Source: a virus
Length of the DNA: 64,000 nt
Virus record (IMG/VR): IMGVR_UViG_3300010883_000003
Span: 1-64,000 of that record
Strand: one strand, 5' to 3'
Under the pieces are notes generated by a model. It ran no database searches, was not told where the DNA came from, and saw nothing but the letters and a program-made list of their open reading frames with translations. Position 1 is the stretch's first letter, and the number at the start of each line of letters is the position of its first letter. This document shows positions 1 to 8,284 of the stretch, in pieces. Both the position numbers and the translations under genes were made by a program.

Positions 1-2
1 AA

Positions 3-3000
3 GCAGACGGTATAGAGGACTTCACATATAACGGATCCTCAACTGCCACTGTGAAGGTTGATTTATTTGATAACGCTGGTATAGTGAAGACGTCTAACGG
101 TCTCGCGCTAAACATAAGTGATGTTTCAGACTCTATCAGTACAACACCAGCTGCTGATGATCTGTTGTTTATTTACGATACATCACTACCAACTACTAGA
201 TTCACAAAGAAGATAACTGTTGGTAATCTTATGGCGGCAGCTTCATCTTTATCCACACTCGGTAATCCGCTGGCTCTTAGAGACGGTCTTGGAAATACCA
301 GCTACAACAACTCCACTGGAGTTACTGTTGATATTGATACAGCTACAAACGGTGGCTTAAATATAATCGGCGGCGCCGGATCTGGTGGCGCGGTATATGT
401 TGATCCTAATACGGCTACAGCAACAACAACGCTTAACGCTGCAAATGATTACGTTTTAATTTACGACCAAACCGCAAACGCCACTAGAAAAATTACGCCT
501 CAAAAGTTCGCGGACTTACCTTCCAGTTATTCTCTTAGTCCTGGTACGGGTTTAACGTACTCTGTAGGCTCTGCGTTTAACGCCGGTTCAAATTCTACGC
601 TAGGTATCAATACCGCTGTAGTACCAAGACTTGCAGTAGCAAATACATTTTCTGGTGACAATACATTTTCAGGAAAAAACACATTCGGTGTTTCTACAAC
701 AGCTGGGTTAACAGGATCTCTACAGGAAGTGTCATCCGGAGTTCCTTATCTAATTGGTGGAAGTAACGTATCTATTACTACTGGATCTACCGGTCAAATA
801 ACAATAGGTGCATCTTTAGCTGCTGGTGGAAACTTGACCGCGGGTACTGGAATATCTACGTTCACGTATGACGGTTCAGGAAACGCTACTGTCTCCGTAA
901 ACGCTACATCTCTTTCAACTGTAGCAGCTAATAGAAGTAACTATCTGATTTCAGCGGAAAGCGGTAATCTATCTAATATAACAAAGACAACTATAGGCTC
1001 CGTCGCGGATATCGTTGACAGAACCGCAATAGTTAATGAGGGTTCTGGGATAAGCATCACTTTTTCTGGTAATTCTAATCCGGCAACAATCGCCGCAAAA
1101 GTTGACGGGTCTACAATAAGACTTAATAGCTCCAATCAGATATCAGCAGTAACTCCCAGCGGTGGTTCCCCCGGTGGTGGTAACAGTGATAAATCAGCTT
1201 CCTACCTAGTGTTGACGGCAACAGGCTCTTTAGATAACGAGAGAGTCTTTACAGAGGGTACGGGTTTACTGAAAGTCGACTCCGGCGCAGGTTCAGCTTA
1301 CACTGTTTTAATTGATAATTCCATAGTCGCGACCTTAACAGGATCTCAATTCTCTGGAAACGTTGGTATAACAGGATCTTTAGGCGTAGAATCTAGCGCT
1401 GTATTTAAAACAGGTCTGACTGGCTCACTACAGATGCTTCCCGATGGCTTAACCCCATATATTATAGGTACTGGTAGTATAAGTGTCACCACGTCTTCTT
1501 CTGGGCAACTGGTGGTATCTTCTTCTGCTTCAGCCGGCGGCGGCAGTAGTGGTCTTAGTTCTATACAACAATCTGGCGGAAGTTCGTTCAGTAGTGTAAC
1601 AACGTTAATATTTACTGGTAGTACAGTTTCCGGTGGATCTGGGACCGTTACTGTAACTCCTGTTATTGGAGCCGCTGAAGACTCTTCATATACCGACGGC
1701 TTATTTACAGATTTCTCTTACACTACACCAATAGGAACAGCTGTGGACAGATTTAACGAGGTTCTAAAAGGGTTAGCTCCCAGCGCGGCGCCAGCATTAG
1801 ATGATATGAATTGTAACGACTCTGGCACTAGCGCTAAGATGTCGTTTGGAAATTCACAATCTATCTCTGGTTATACTAACGTCTTACCATCTACTTTAAC
1901 TCCTGCTAGTTCATTATCTAGCGTAGATATTAATGGATCATATTCATCTGCAATATCAGGAAATGATGTAAGAACCGCTTGCTTTGCTGGAAGCACAGTC
2001 ATTGATGGAATTCTAAATGCCGACGTATCAGCAGACAGCCCCAATTACGCTGCCGACGCTTTTGGTAACGGTAACCAAGGCACTCTTGAATTGTTCGTAA
2101 ATAATAACTCTACGGCAGTACACTCCACAAACTTGTCTTCATTCGGTTCAGGAACGAGCAGTAACGCTAGCGGTTCTGGTTTCGTGTTATCAGCAGTAAC
2201 AAACGGCTCATTCAGTGACGGGTCAGCGTTTAGTACGTTTAAGCACCGTACCGGTACTTATACTATAGCGGTAGCTAATCAACAGACAGGATGGAACTAC
2301 GCTAGGGTTGTACATACAATAGGTAGCACCAGCACCACCACAAACTACGTGGAATGGGTAAACGATCCAAATGCGAATGCTCTATCTGCCGACACATCAG
2401 TTATGGACAGTTTATCAATGACTGGTACAAAGCAGTTATCTGGTGTCACATATAATACTGCAGGTACAGCAGAATATCGTGTACGTGTTCTTAACGCATA
2501 CAAGAATGTATATTCAGCAAATAACATAACATTTAATGGCACAAATTGTGCTATATCTTCTCAAGCATTTCCGTCCATAGATTACGCATCAGGAGAAGAT
2601 GAGACTAAGCTCTTGCACTTGACAGGATCTGTTACGATAAATTCTGACCCACTATTAAACGGATCCATAACAGCATCCGCGAACGTACCAGCTCCCTTGA
2701 AGTCAGACTTAACTTCTGCCGGCTCACAATCAGTGGCAGGAATACTTTTATACAATCTATCAGATAGTGCAACCACAACATCGGAGCCGTTTAGAGGGGA
2801 AAGCTATAGAAGGGTATCTGGTAGCTACAATAATCAAGCGGCAGTAACTGCCGCTGGTGCAGTATGGAATTCTTCCACCAGCTTAATGACTGTTGACGGA
2901 TTACTTTTTTATAACAGTGCGTTGAGGTCTCCACGTCAAGGAACCGTGTCTGGAGACTTTAGGAATACAGCTGACGGCGGGTCCATTACAAACGGTCCAG

Positions 3001-3416
3001 CGAGCAATGTAAACTATTCCTCTATTGCTTCTGGGATGAGAACGTTTTATAGGTACTTTAGAAACACATCCGGGGGTTCTAAGACGAATTTCGCGTTGAC
3101 CTTAAACGGTTCCGGTACAATAGTGAATCAAGGGTCATCTTTATCTTCTTCGAACATTCATGTTTTGGCAAAGTTACCAACAACATCCGCTAGTTTTACG
3201 ACTGGGTGGATGGACACTGCAGTGGCGTTTGCTACAGGACAAACAGGAGATGGTGCTGGGTGTCTAAATGGTTCCCTGGATTCTTCTTTAAACGCGACAA
3301 ACAATATTACATTCGGTACACAGTCAGCTGGTGCAAACGAATATATAGTTGTTAAAATAGAGGCCGACGCTAGCTGGACTGGTAACATATCACAAATTAG
3401 CGTTTCATGGAGTTGA
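3..3416 (+). CDS. Large Ser/Thr/Gly-rich tail fibre/virion structural protein, 5'-truncated by the window edge
   Basis: Frame is open from base 3 (ADGIEDFTYNGSSTATVKVD, which resembles the internal repeat GISTFTYDGSGNATVSVN), so the GTG at 51 is probably not the true start. Repeated DDLLFIYD..TKKITV / NDYVLIYD..TRKITP fibre-like motifs. Confidence 0.65.
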   Translation, partial: ADGIEDFTYNGSSTATVKVDLFDNAGIVKTSNGLALNISDVSDSISTTPAADDLLFIYDTSLPTTRFTKKITVGNLMAAASSLSTLGNPLALRDGLGNTSYNNSTGVTVDIDTATNGGLNIIGGAGSGGAVYVDPNTATATTTLNAANDYVLIYDQTANATRKITPQKFADLPSSYSLSPGTGLTYSVGSAFNAGSNSTLGINTAVVPRLAVANTFSGDNTFSGKNTFGVSTTAGLTGSLQEVSSGVPYLIGGSNVSITTGSTGQITIGASLAAGGNLTAGTGISTFTYDGSGNATVSVNATSLSTVAANRSNYLISAESGNLSNITKTTIGSVADIVDRTAIVNEGSGISITFSGNSNPATIAAKVDGSTIRLNSSNQISAVTPSGGSPGGGNSDKSASYLVLTATGSLDNERVFTEGTGLLKVDSGAGSAYTVLIDNSIVATLTGSQFSGNVGITGSLGVESSAVFKTGLTGSLQMLPDGLTPYIIGTGSISVTTSSSGQLVVSSSASAGGGSSGLSSIQQSGGSSFSSVTTLIFTGSTVSGGSGTVTVTPVIGAAEDSSYTDGLFTDFSYTTPIGTAVDRFNEVLKGLAPSAAPALDDMNCNDSGTSAKMSFGNSQSISGYTNVLPSTLTPASSLSSVDINGSYSSAISGNDVRTACFAGSTVIDGILNADVSADSPNYAADAFGNGNQGTLELFVNNNSTAVHSTNLSSFGSGTSSNASGSGFVLSAVTNGSFSDGSAFSTFKHRTGTYTIAVANQQTGWNYARVVHTIGSTSTTTNYVEWVNDPNANALSADTSVMDSLSMTGTKQLSGVTYNTAGTAEYRVRVLNAYKNVYSANNITFNGTNCAISSQAFPSIDYASGEDETKLLHLTGSVTINSDPLLNGSITASANVPAPLKSDLTSAGSQSVAGILLYNLSDSATTTSEPFRGESYRRVSGSYNNQAAVTAAGAVWNSSTSLMTVDGLLFYNSALRSPRQGTVSGDFRNTADGGSITNGPASNVNYSSIASGMRTFYRYFRNTSGGSKTNFALTLNGSGTIVNQGSSLSSSNIHVLAKLPTTSASFTTGWMDTAVAFATGQTGDGAGCLNGSLDSSLNATNNITFGTQSAGANEYIVVKIEADASWTGNISQISVSWS

Positions 3417-3419
3417 TGA

Positions 3420-4673
3420 ATGGCATATGATCCAAAAACCCAGCGTCTAATATCTCTAAAGAAGCTAGCGGGAAAAGCGCAGACTTCAAATGATAAAGAT
3501 CTAGCGAATGAGGGTTTACCATCCGGTGTAACAGTGACGTCAGAGACGGTTTTTGGTGAGACTATTACCGCCTCACCTTCTTCTACATCGCTGTATACGA
3601 TAACAGGAAAAGTTGAGTATCTAAGATTTCCAGCTTCTTTTATAGCTGGTTCAGATACTACAAACGGCCGTCATGGTTTTGAGCTAAAGCTTCCTCCAGA
3701 CTACGAAGCAAACTCTTCAAACGGTAAAAAAGGAACATATCCCTTTATAAACGGCCAGAGCCTTAATATTACTTCTGGATCGCTACAGCTTGTACCGACG
3801 TCTTTTGCTACGTCCTATGAAGGTAAGCCTTTCTCTGGTGGCACCCAGACAAAGGGCTCAGGTACCCAGATTCCTATTCTGGACGCTAGAGATTGGTACC
3901 TTGATTACTTTAATGGAGTGTACTTCCAGCAAGACCCTCCGGGTACGGGAGATCATTCTGAAAATCCTGATTATCTTGAGGCATTTCTATACATAGGTGA
4001 CATGCTTAATGTTGTTGTTGCCGCCGGCGGAGGCGGAGGAGGCACTGGGGATGGAGATCCAAATGCGCAGTATCTTGTGTTATCTGCAACAGGTTCTCTT
4101 TCTGCCGAGCGTGTGTTAAATCCACAAACTGGCTTAATTGCTGTAGATTCTGGCGCGGGAAACAATTATAGCATATCATTAGACAATTCAGTTGCCGCAA
4201 CTTTAACTGGCTCACAGTTTTCTGGAAATGTTGGAATAACAGGATCTTTTGGTACTGAATCCACCGCTCTGTTTAATTTAGGTCTATCAGGATCACTAAC
4301 ACAACTAACGGATGGAACATCGTATCTCAAGGCCGGCTCTAACATTACTGTTGCTAGCGCTTCAAACGGTGCGATAACAATAACTGGCACCGGCGCCGGC
4401 GAAGCTAGAAAAAAAGATGCGTACTTTATGTCTTCCGAAACAGTGGCAGGATCTAGCGTTTCTGTTAGCTCATCTGATTTTTCTACCGGTAACTATAACA
4501 TGAATAAGATAGATATCTTCCTAAATGGACAATTATTACATAGCGGATCTTTGACTCAAGTATCCGCCGCTGAAAGGGATTATTATATCGACAGTGCCAG
4601 TAGCTTAAAGTTTTCTTTCGACGTGCGAATTGACGATATTTTAGATGTTGTTGTTTTCGCGATCAGTTCGTAA
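3420..4673 (+). CDS. Putative tail fibre-associated structural protein
   Basis: 417 aa ORF sharing a ~90 aa module (YLVL.ATGSL..ERV...ATLTGSQFSGNVGITGS) with the upstream protein, and a C-terminal D(I/V)F(L/V)NGQ.L.SGS..DY domain with ORF 5138. Confidence 0.6.
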   Translation: MAYDPKTQRLISLKKLAGKAQTSNDKDLANEGLPSGVTVTSETVFGETITASPSSTSLYTITGKVEYLRFPASFIAGSDTTNGRHGFELKLPPDYEANSSNGKKGTYPFINGQSLNITSGSLQLVPTSFATSYEGKPFSGGTQTKGSGTQIPILDARDWYLDYFNGVYFQQDPPGTGDHSENPDYLEAFLYIGDMLNVVVAAGGGGGGTGDGDPNAQYLVLSATGSLSAERVLNPQTGLIAVDSGAGNNYSISLDNSVAATLTGSQFSGNVGITGSFGTESTALFNLGLSGSLTQLTDGTSYLKAGSNITVASASNGAITITGTGAGEARKKDAYFMSSETVAGSSVSVSSSDFSTGNYNMNKIDIFLNGQLLHSGSLTQVSAAERDYYIDSASSLKFSFDVRIDDILDVVVFAISS

Positions 4674-4747
4674 TAGTTAATTGTAAGGTCACCTTTAGAT
4701 TTGAGGCAGATCATGCCGTCACATACTTACAAATTAGGGTACAGTAA

Positions 4748-4972
4748 ATGCAAGAAGAAAATAACGACATATTTGAGACATCAGACTTAGGTACCGCGGC
4801 GTACCTTTTAATAAAGGGTTGTACCCTAATCATAGCTGAAAAAGATAGATATAGGTATTCGTTTGTCTTCTCTGAAGAGAAGGTGTGCAAACAGCTATCC
4901 CTAGAGTACGTAAACAGCGAATTTTCAAGATTTGACGCAAGTCTCAAGAACTTAAGAAGCTTGATAAAATAA
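4748..4972 (+). CDS. Small DUF5659-like protein
   Basis: 74 aa, N-terminal FETSDLGTAAYLLIKG and downstream F-x-F pattern recalled from DUF5659-type phage proteins. Preceded by ATACTTA at 4723. Confidence 0.55.
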   Translation: MQEENNDIFETSDLGTAAYLLIKGCTLIIAEKDRYRYSFVFSEEKVCKQLSLEYVNSEFSRFDASLKNLRSLIK

Positions 4973-5137
4973 AAAAGACGTGGTAAAATCATTTTACTTC
5001 GTATATTTAAAGATGTGGTCTAGAATCACAATTAGTTATTCATAGTTCGTTAATTGTTTTCCTTAGTTAATATTAGTTAGTACTAACTCACGAGTGCGTA
5101 TCTCGATATGTGCTCCTTATAAAAGGAAATAATTAAT

Positions 5138-6691
5138 ATGCCTATTAATTCAAAAATTAGATTAGAACAACTTACTGGTTCTGTCGCCGTCTTAAAGCCG
5201 GGCTCCCTCGCTCAAGGTACTGCAGCAGCCATTAAGGGTACTACAGACATGAATGATGTCTTGAAGTATTACTCTCAAGCAATCTCAAATATTCACGGAA
5301 ACGTTGAATATGGAGCTCAGCTACCTGGTGCGTTCAGTGCCACGATCTTTCCAGCAACCGATGGTGTTCAAGACTTAGGTAAATGGGGTATCGCCAACAC
5401 TGAGACTTTCGGTAATTCACTTGGCTCCTTAGATAGCTCTGGTTTCTCCGTTGGCTCTGCCACCCCCGACACCACCATGGACGCGTCGATAACAAGAATT
5501 CATCTTGGGTCATCGGCTACAGTACAAGCTAACGACCTGTTTTTGTTTCGTCAATCAGGCGGTCTCATTATGGTTTACCAGAAGAGCGGTTCAACCAGTA
5601 CAGGGGACCAGCATGATGTGCTCTTCAATGCCGGTCTATCAACGATTTTCGCGATGAACCAGAGCACCATCGATTCACAACGTATCGGAAACATCTCTCT
5701 TGTTGAAGAAAAAGAATGGGGTAAAGCAGTTGTTGCTGCCATTCAAGGTACTGCCGGTCTTGCTATTACAAATGGTCAAAAAACGACCGCAAGTGATATC
5801 CTCGTCCAATCTTCTAGAAAGCTGAGCCTTAACTCACTCGATACCGACTCTTCTGGTGGTGTTGTTCTCGAGAATCAAGCTTCGGTCGGTAAGATCCGTG
5901 CGAAGATTGCTGGTGTTGACAAGTTCATTCTTGACACTTCTGATTTTAAGATTCAGAGTACTGTAAACGTTGATGTACTTAGTGTTGTAGACGCAGCAAA
6001 TGCTACAGACGCAGCTGCTGCTATGACCATCTCTGGTGGTGTCGCAGTTGCTAAGAAGTACTTCGGTGGTGATGATCTGGCCGTTGCTGTCGACAGTAAG
6101 AAGCTTACTATTGGTAGTACCAACCCGATACTCTTACAGCACGGTGCAGTACGATCTTCGCTTAGTTCAGCAGCGCAAATGGCGATTACAGGTTCAACTG
6201 GTGTCCAGATCTTGTCAAACGCTAGTCTTGTACTGTCTGGTGCTGCAGCCACGTCTTTCTGTAGTAATGACATAAAGGACTTTACTTTTGGTGGAGCTAG
6301 TGAAGGTGGACTCGTATTAGGTGTAGCCGGCGAAGCTGCTGCATATCAGGCTGCTTTTGGAGTAACCAACAAGTCAATCTTAGGGGCGTTAACAGACCTT
6401 AAGACTGCTGCTGCTGGAAGTCTTCCAACTTCCTACGCGGTAACTGTTGCTGCAGCTGGTGCATCCGCAGGTGCTGCTCTTGCTCTTGGTAGCCCAACTG
6501 GTGGAACAGCCCAAGACCTTAGACCAGCTAATAAAGCAGCTGTTGATGTCTTTGTAAATGGACAAAGACTTCTCTCTGGTTCTGCCGCTGCACCACTGGA
6601 TTATATTGTTGATGGAGCTGCTGCTCAGCAAATAAAGATTCAGTTTGCGCTGATTCATAATGATGTTGTTCAGGTTCTTGACAGACAGTAA
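5138..6691 (+). CDS. Putative tail fibre/virion protein
   Basis: AAGGA RBS. Ala/Gly/Ser-rich with fibre-like motifs (IFPATD..DLG, ISGGVAVAKK). Followed by a terminator. Confidence 0.6.
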   Translation: MPINSKIRLEQLTGSVAVLKPGSLAQGTAAAIKGTTDMNDVLKYYSQAISNIHGNVEYGAQLPGAFSATIFPATDGVQDLGKWGIANTETFGNSLGSLDSSGFSVGSATPDTTMDASITRIHLGSSATVQANDLFLFRQSGGLIMVYQKSGSTSTGDQHDVLFNAGLSTIFAMNQSTIDSQRIGNISLVEEKEWGKAVVAAIQGTAGLAITNGQKTTASDILVQSSRKLSLNSLDTDSSGGVVLENQASVGKIRAKIAGVDKFILDTSDFKIQSTVNVDVLSVVDAANATDAAAAMTISGGVAVAKKYFGGDDLAVAVDSKKLTIGSTNPILLQHGAVRSSLSSAAQMAITGSTGVQILSNASLVLSGAAATSFCSNDIKDFTFGGASEGGLVLGVAGEAAAYQAAFGVTNKSILGALTDLKTAAAGSLPTSYAVTVAAAGASAGAALALGSPTGGTAQDLRPANKAAVDVFVNGQRLLSGSAAAPLDYIVDGAAAQQIKIQFALIHNDVVQVLDRQ

Positions 6692-6721
6692 TTCGTATAA
6701 CAAAATAGTTTAGCTATTTTT

Positions 6722-6750
6722 CGAGGCCCTTCGGGGCCTCGTTTTTTTTT
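6722..6750 (+). terminator. Rho-independent terminator
   Basis: CGAGGCCC-TTCG-GGGCCTCG stem-loop followed by a T run. Confidence 0.9.
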
Positions 6751-6755
6751 AATTT

Positions 6756-6784
6756 TTGTAAGATGTTATATAATCTGATATAAT
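6756..6784 (+). promoter_or_regulatory. Sigma70-type promoter with extended -10
   Basis: TTGTAA (6756-6761), 17 bp spacer, TG-n-TATAAT (6776-6784), immediately after a terminator and upstream of ORF 6806. Confidence 0.7.
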
Positions 6785-6805
6785 ATTAAAGAATGAGGTA
6801 TTTTT

Positions 6806-7330
6806 ATGGACTTTATTGACGTAATAGACAGCGAGATCAACAAACTGCAAATCGCTAGAGATAAGATAGAGCAAGCCGTTAAAGACCCTAACTGGTATGC
6901 AAATAAAACTTATATAATGGTAAATTCAGTGACGAAACAACTTACTGAGATAGTTAGTACCGTAGATATGGACAAAGATGACCTTCTGTCTGAATTTAAA
7001 TCTGTCTTAGACCAGCTACCACAGTTCGTAGGGTCTATATGCTCATCTACTAAAGATGATCTTGAGGCAGTGGATAAAGACATTTTAACCTGGAACCGCT
7101 TTGCTAATCTATACAGGGAGTGGACTAGTACAAATAAGACACCAGCTGCTATAGAGGAAGATGTCGTACGAATAGAGGAAAAAAAGAAAGATATAAAAAG
7201 CGGTAGCTTACAAGAGCCTAGTGTCACCTCCGGACGAAAGCGTAAAGTGGGTGCTAGACCGCCTATAACATTAAGAAGGTACAGGGAGTTAGCGGAAGAA
7301 TTAGAAAGTGATGAAGATTCTGAAGCGTAA
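6806..7330 (+). CDS. Hypothetical helical protein
   Basis: 174 aa ORF with GAGGT RBS. Charged/helical, no recognised motif. Confidence 0.7.
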   Translation: MDFIDVIDSEINKLQIARDKIEQAVKDPNWYANKTYIMVNSVTKQLTEIVSTVDMDKDDLLSEFKSVLDQLPQFVGSICSSTKDDLEAVDKDILTWNRFANLYREWTSTNKTPAAIEEDVVRIEEKKKDIKSGSLQEPSVTSGRKRKVGARPPITLRRYRELAEELESDEDSEA

Positions 7331-7342
7331 TACTTATAGACT

Positions 7343-8284
7343 ATGGCTGGTATATTAGACAAAAAAACTAGATTTATGGACACCTTCCTAACAGATAGGG
7401 GTCGTCAAGAGTTAGCGAAAGGTGAGCTTAGGTTTTCTTTTGCTACTTTTTCCGATTACGGAACATTTTACGATTCAAGTTTAGAAGATTCTTCTGTGGC
7501 ATCCGAAGCAGTAAACAGAATAATGTTTGAAGCTGCAAATAGGCCTCAAGATCTTGTAATACCTGAGTTTGATTCTGATGGTGGTATACTATTTCCAGCC
7601 GGAGATTTTGACATAGTAAACGGCGAGTTAAAAACTATATCTGGATCACTAAGTCTAATAAAGGGCGCAGCATTAGTCTCCTCCGCGTCACTGGCCATAT
7701 CTGATTCAATGAATTCATTTAATGATATGCTACCTCTAAGGTCAGAAGAGGCTATACAGAAAAATACTGGGTTCTCCATAAGTACTACATCTAAAACGTT
7801 TAATGTAACTACTTCAAAGCCTATACCGAGTTCTAAGCCTAACGTTGCGATGCTAGATAACGTCGAGAGCTTGTGGCAGGATAAAAAGTTAACGCATGTT
7901 AAGAATTTTCAGCACATGCCTCCTATAAATAAAACTTCTCGTAAACAGCTAAAAAAATATCCGAAGTTACAGCAGCCAACCCCTTTATCATTTGATGATT
8001 TACGTCAAGAGCTCAACGCGGGTGACACGCTTAATTCTTGGTCAGCAGTCGAACCGCCGGCAAAAATAGTTTTTGATAAGACTAGTGCTACCAATAACTT
8101 AGTTTGTCAGGTCTGGGAAGTAACAAGCTCTAGCATGAATAAGTTACGTATGATCGACTTCGGTGAATTTGAAGACTCTGATCCGTTTAGTCCTGGAAAA
8201 CATGTATTCTTTGTCGGTAAACTATTCGATGATGATTCGCTGGAAAAAACTTTCGTTAACTTATTTACCGTGGTGTTCGATTAA
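7343..8284 (+). CDS. Putative baseplate/tail-fibre attachment protein
   Basis: N-terminus MAGILDKKTRFMDTFLTDRGRQELAKG..F..FSD is paralogous to ORF 16437 and resembles the 'LT..G...LA' start of tail-collar fibre domains. Confidence 0.5.
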   Translation: MAGILDKKTRFMDTFLTDRGRQELAKGELRFSFATFSDYGTFYDSSLEDSSVASEAVNRIMFEAANRPQDLVIPEFDSDGGILFPAGDFDIVNGELKTISGSLSLIKGAALVSSASLAISDSMNSFNDMLPLRSEEAIQKNTGFSISTTSKTFNVTTSKPIPSSKPNVAMLDNVESLWQDKKLTHVKNFQHMPPINKTSRKQLKKYPKLQQPTPLSFDDLRQELNAGDTLNSWSAVEPPAKIVFDKTSATNNLVCQVWEVTSSSMNKLRMIDFGEFEDSDPFSPGKHVFFVGKLFDDDSLEKTFVNLFTVVFD

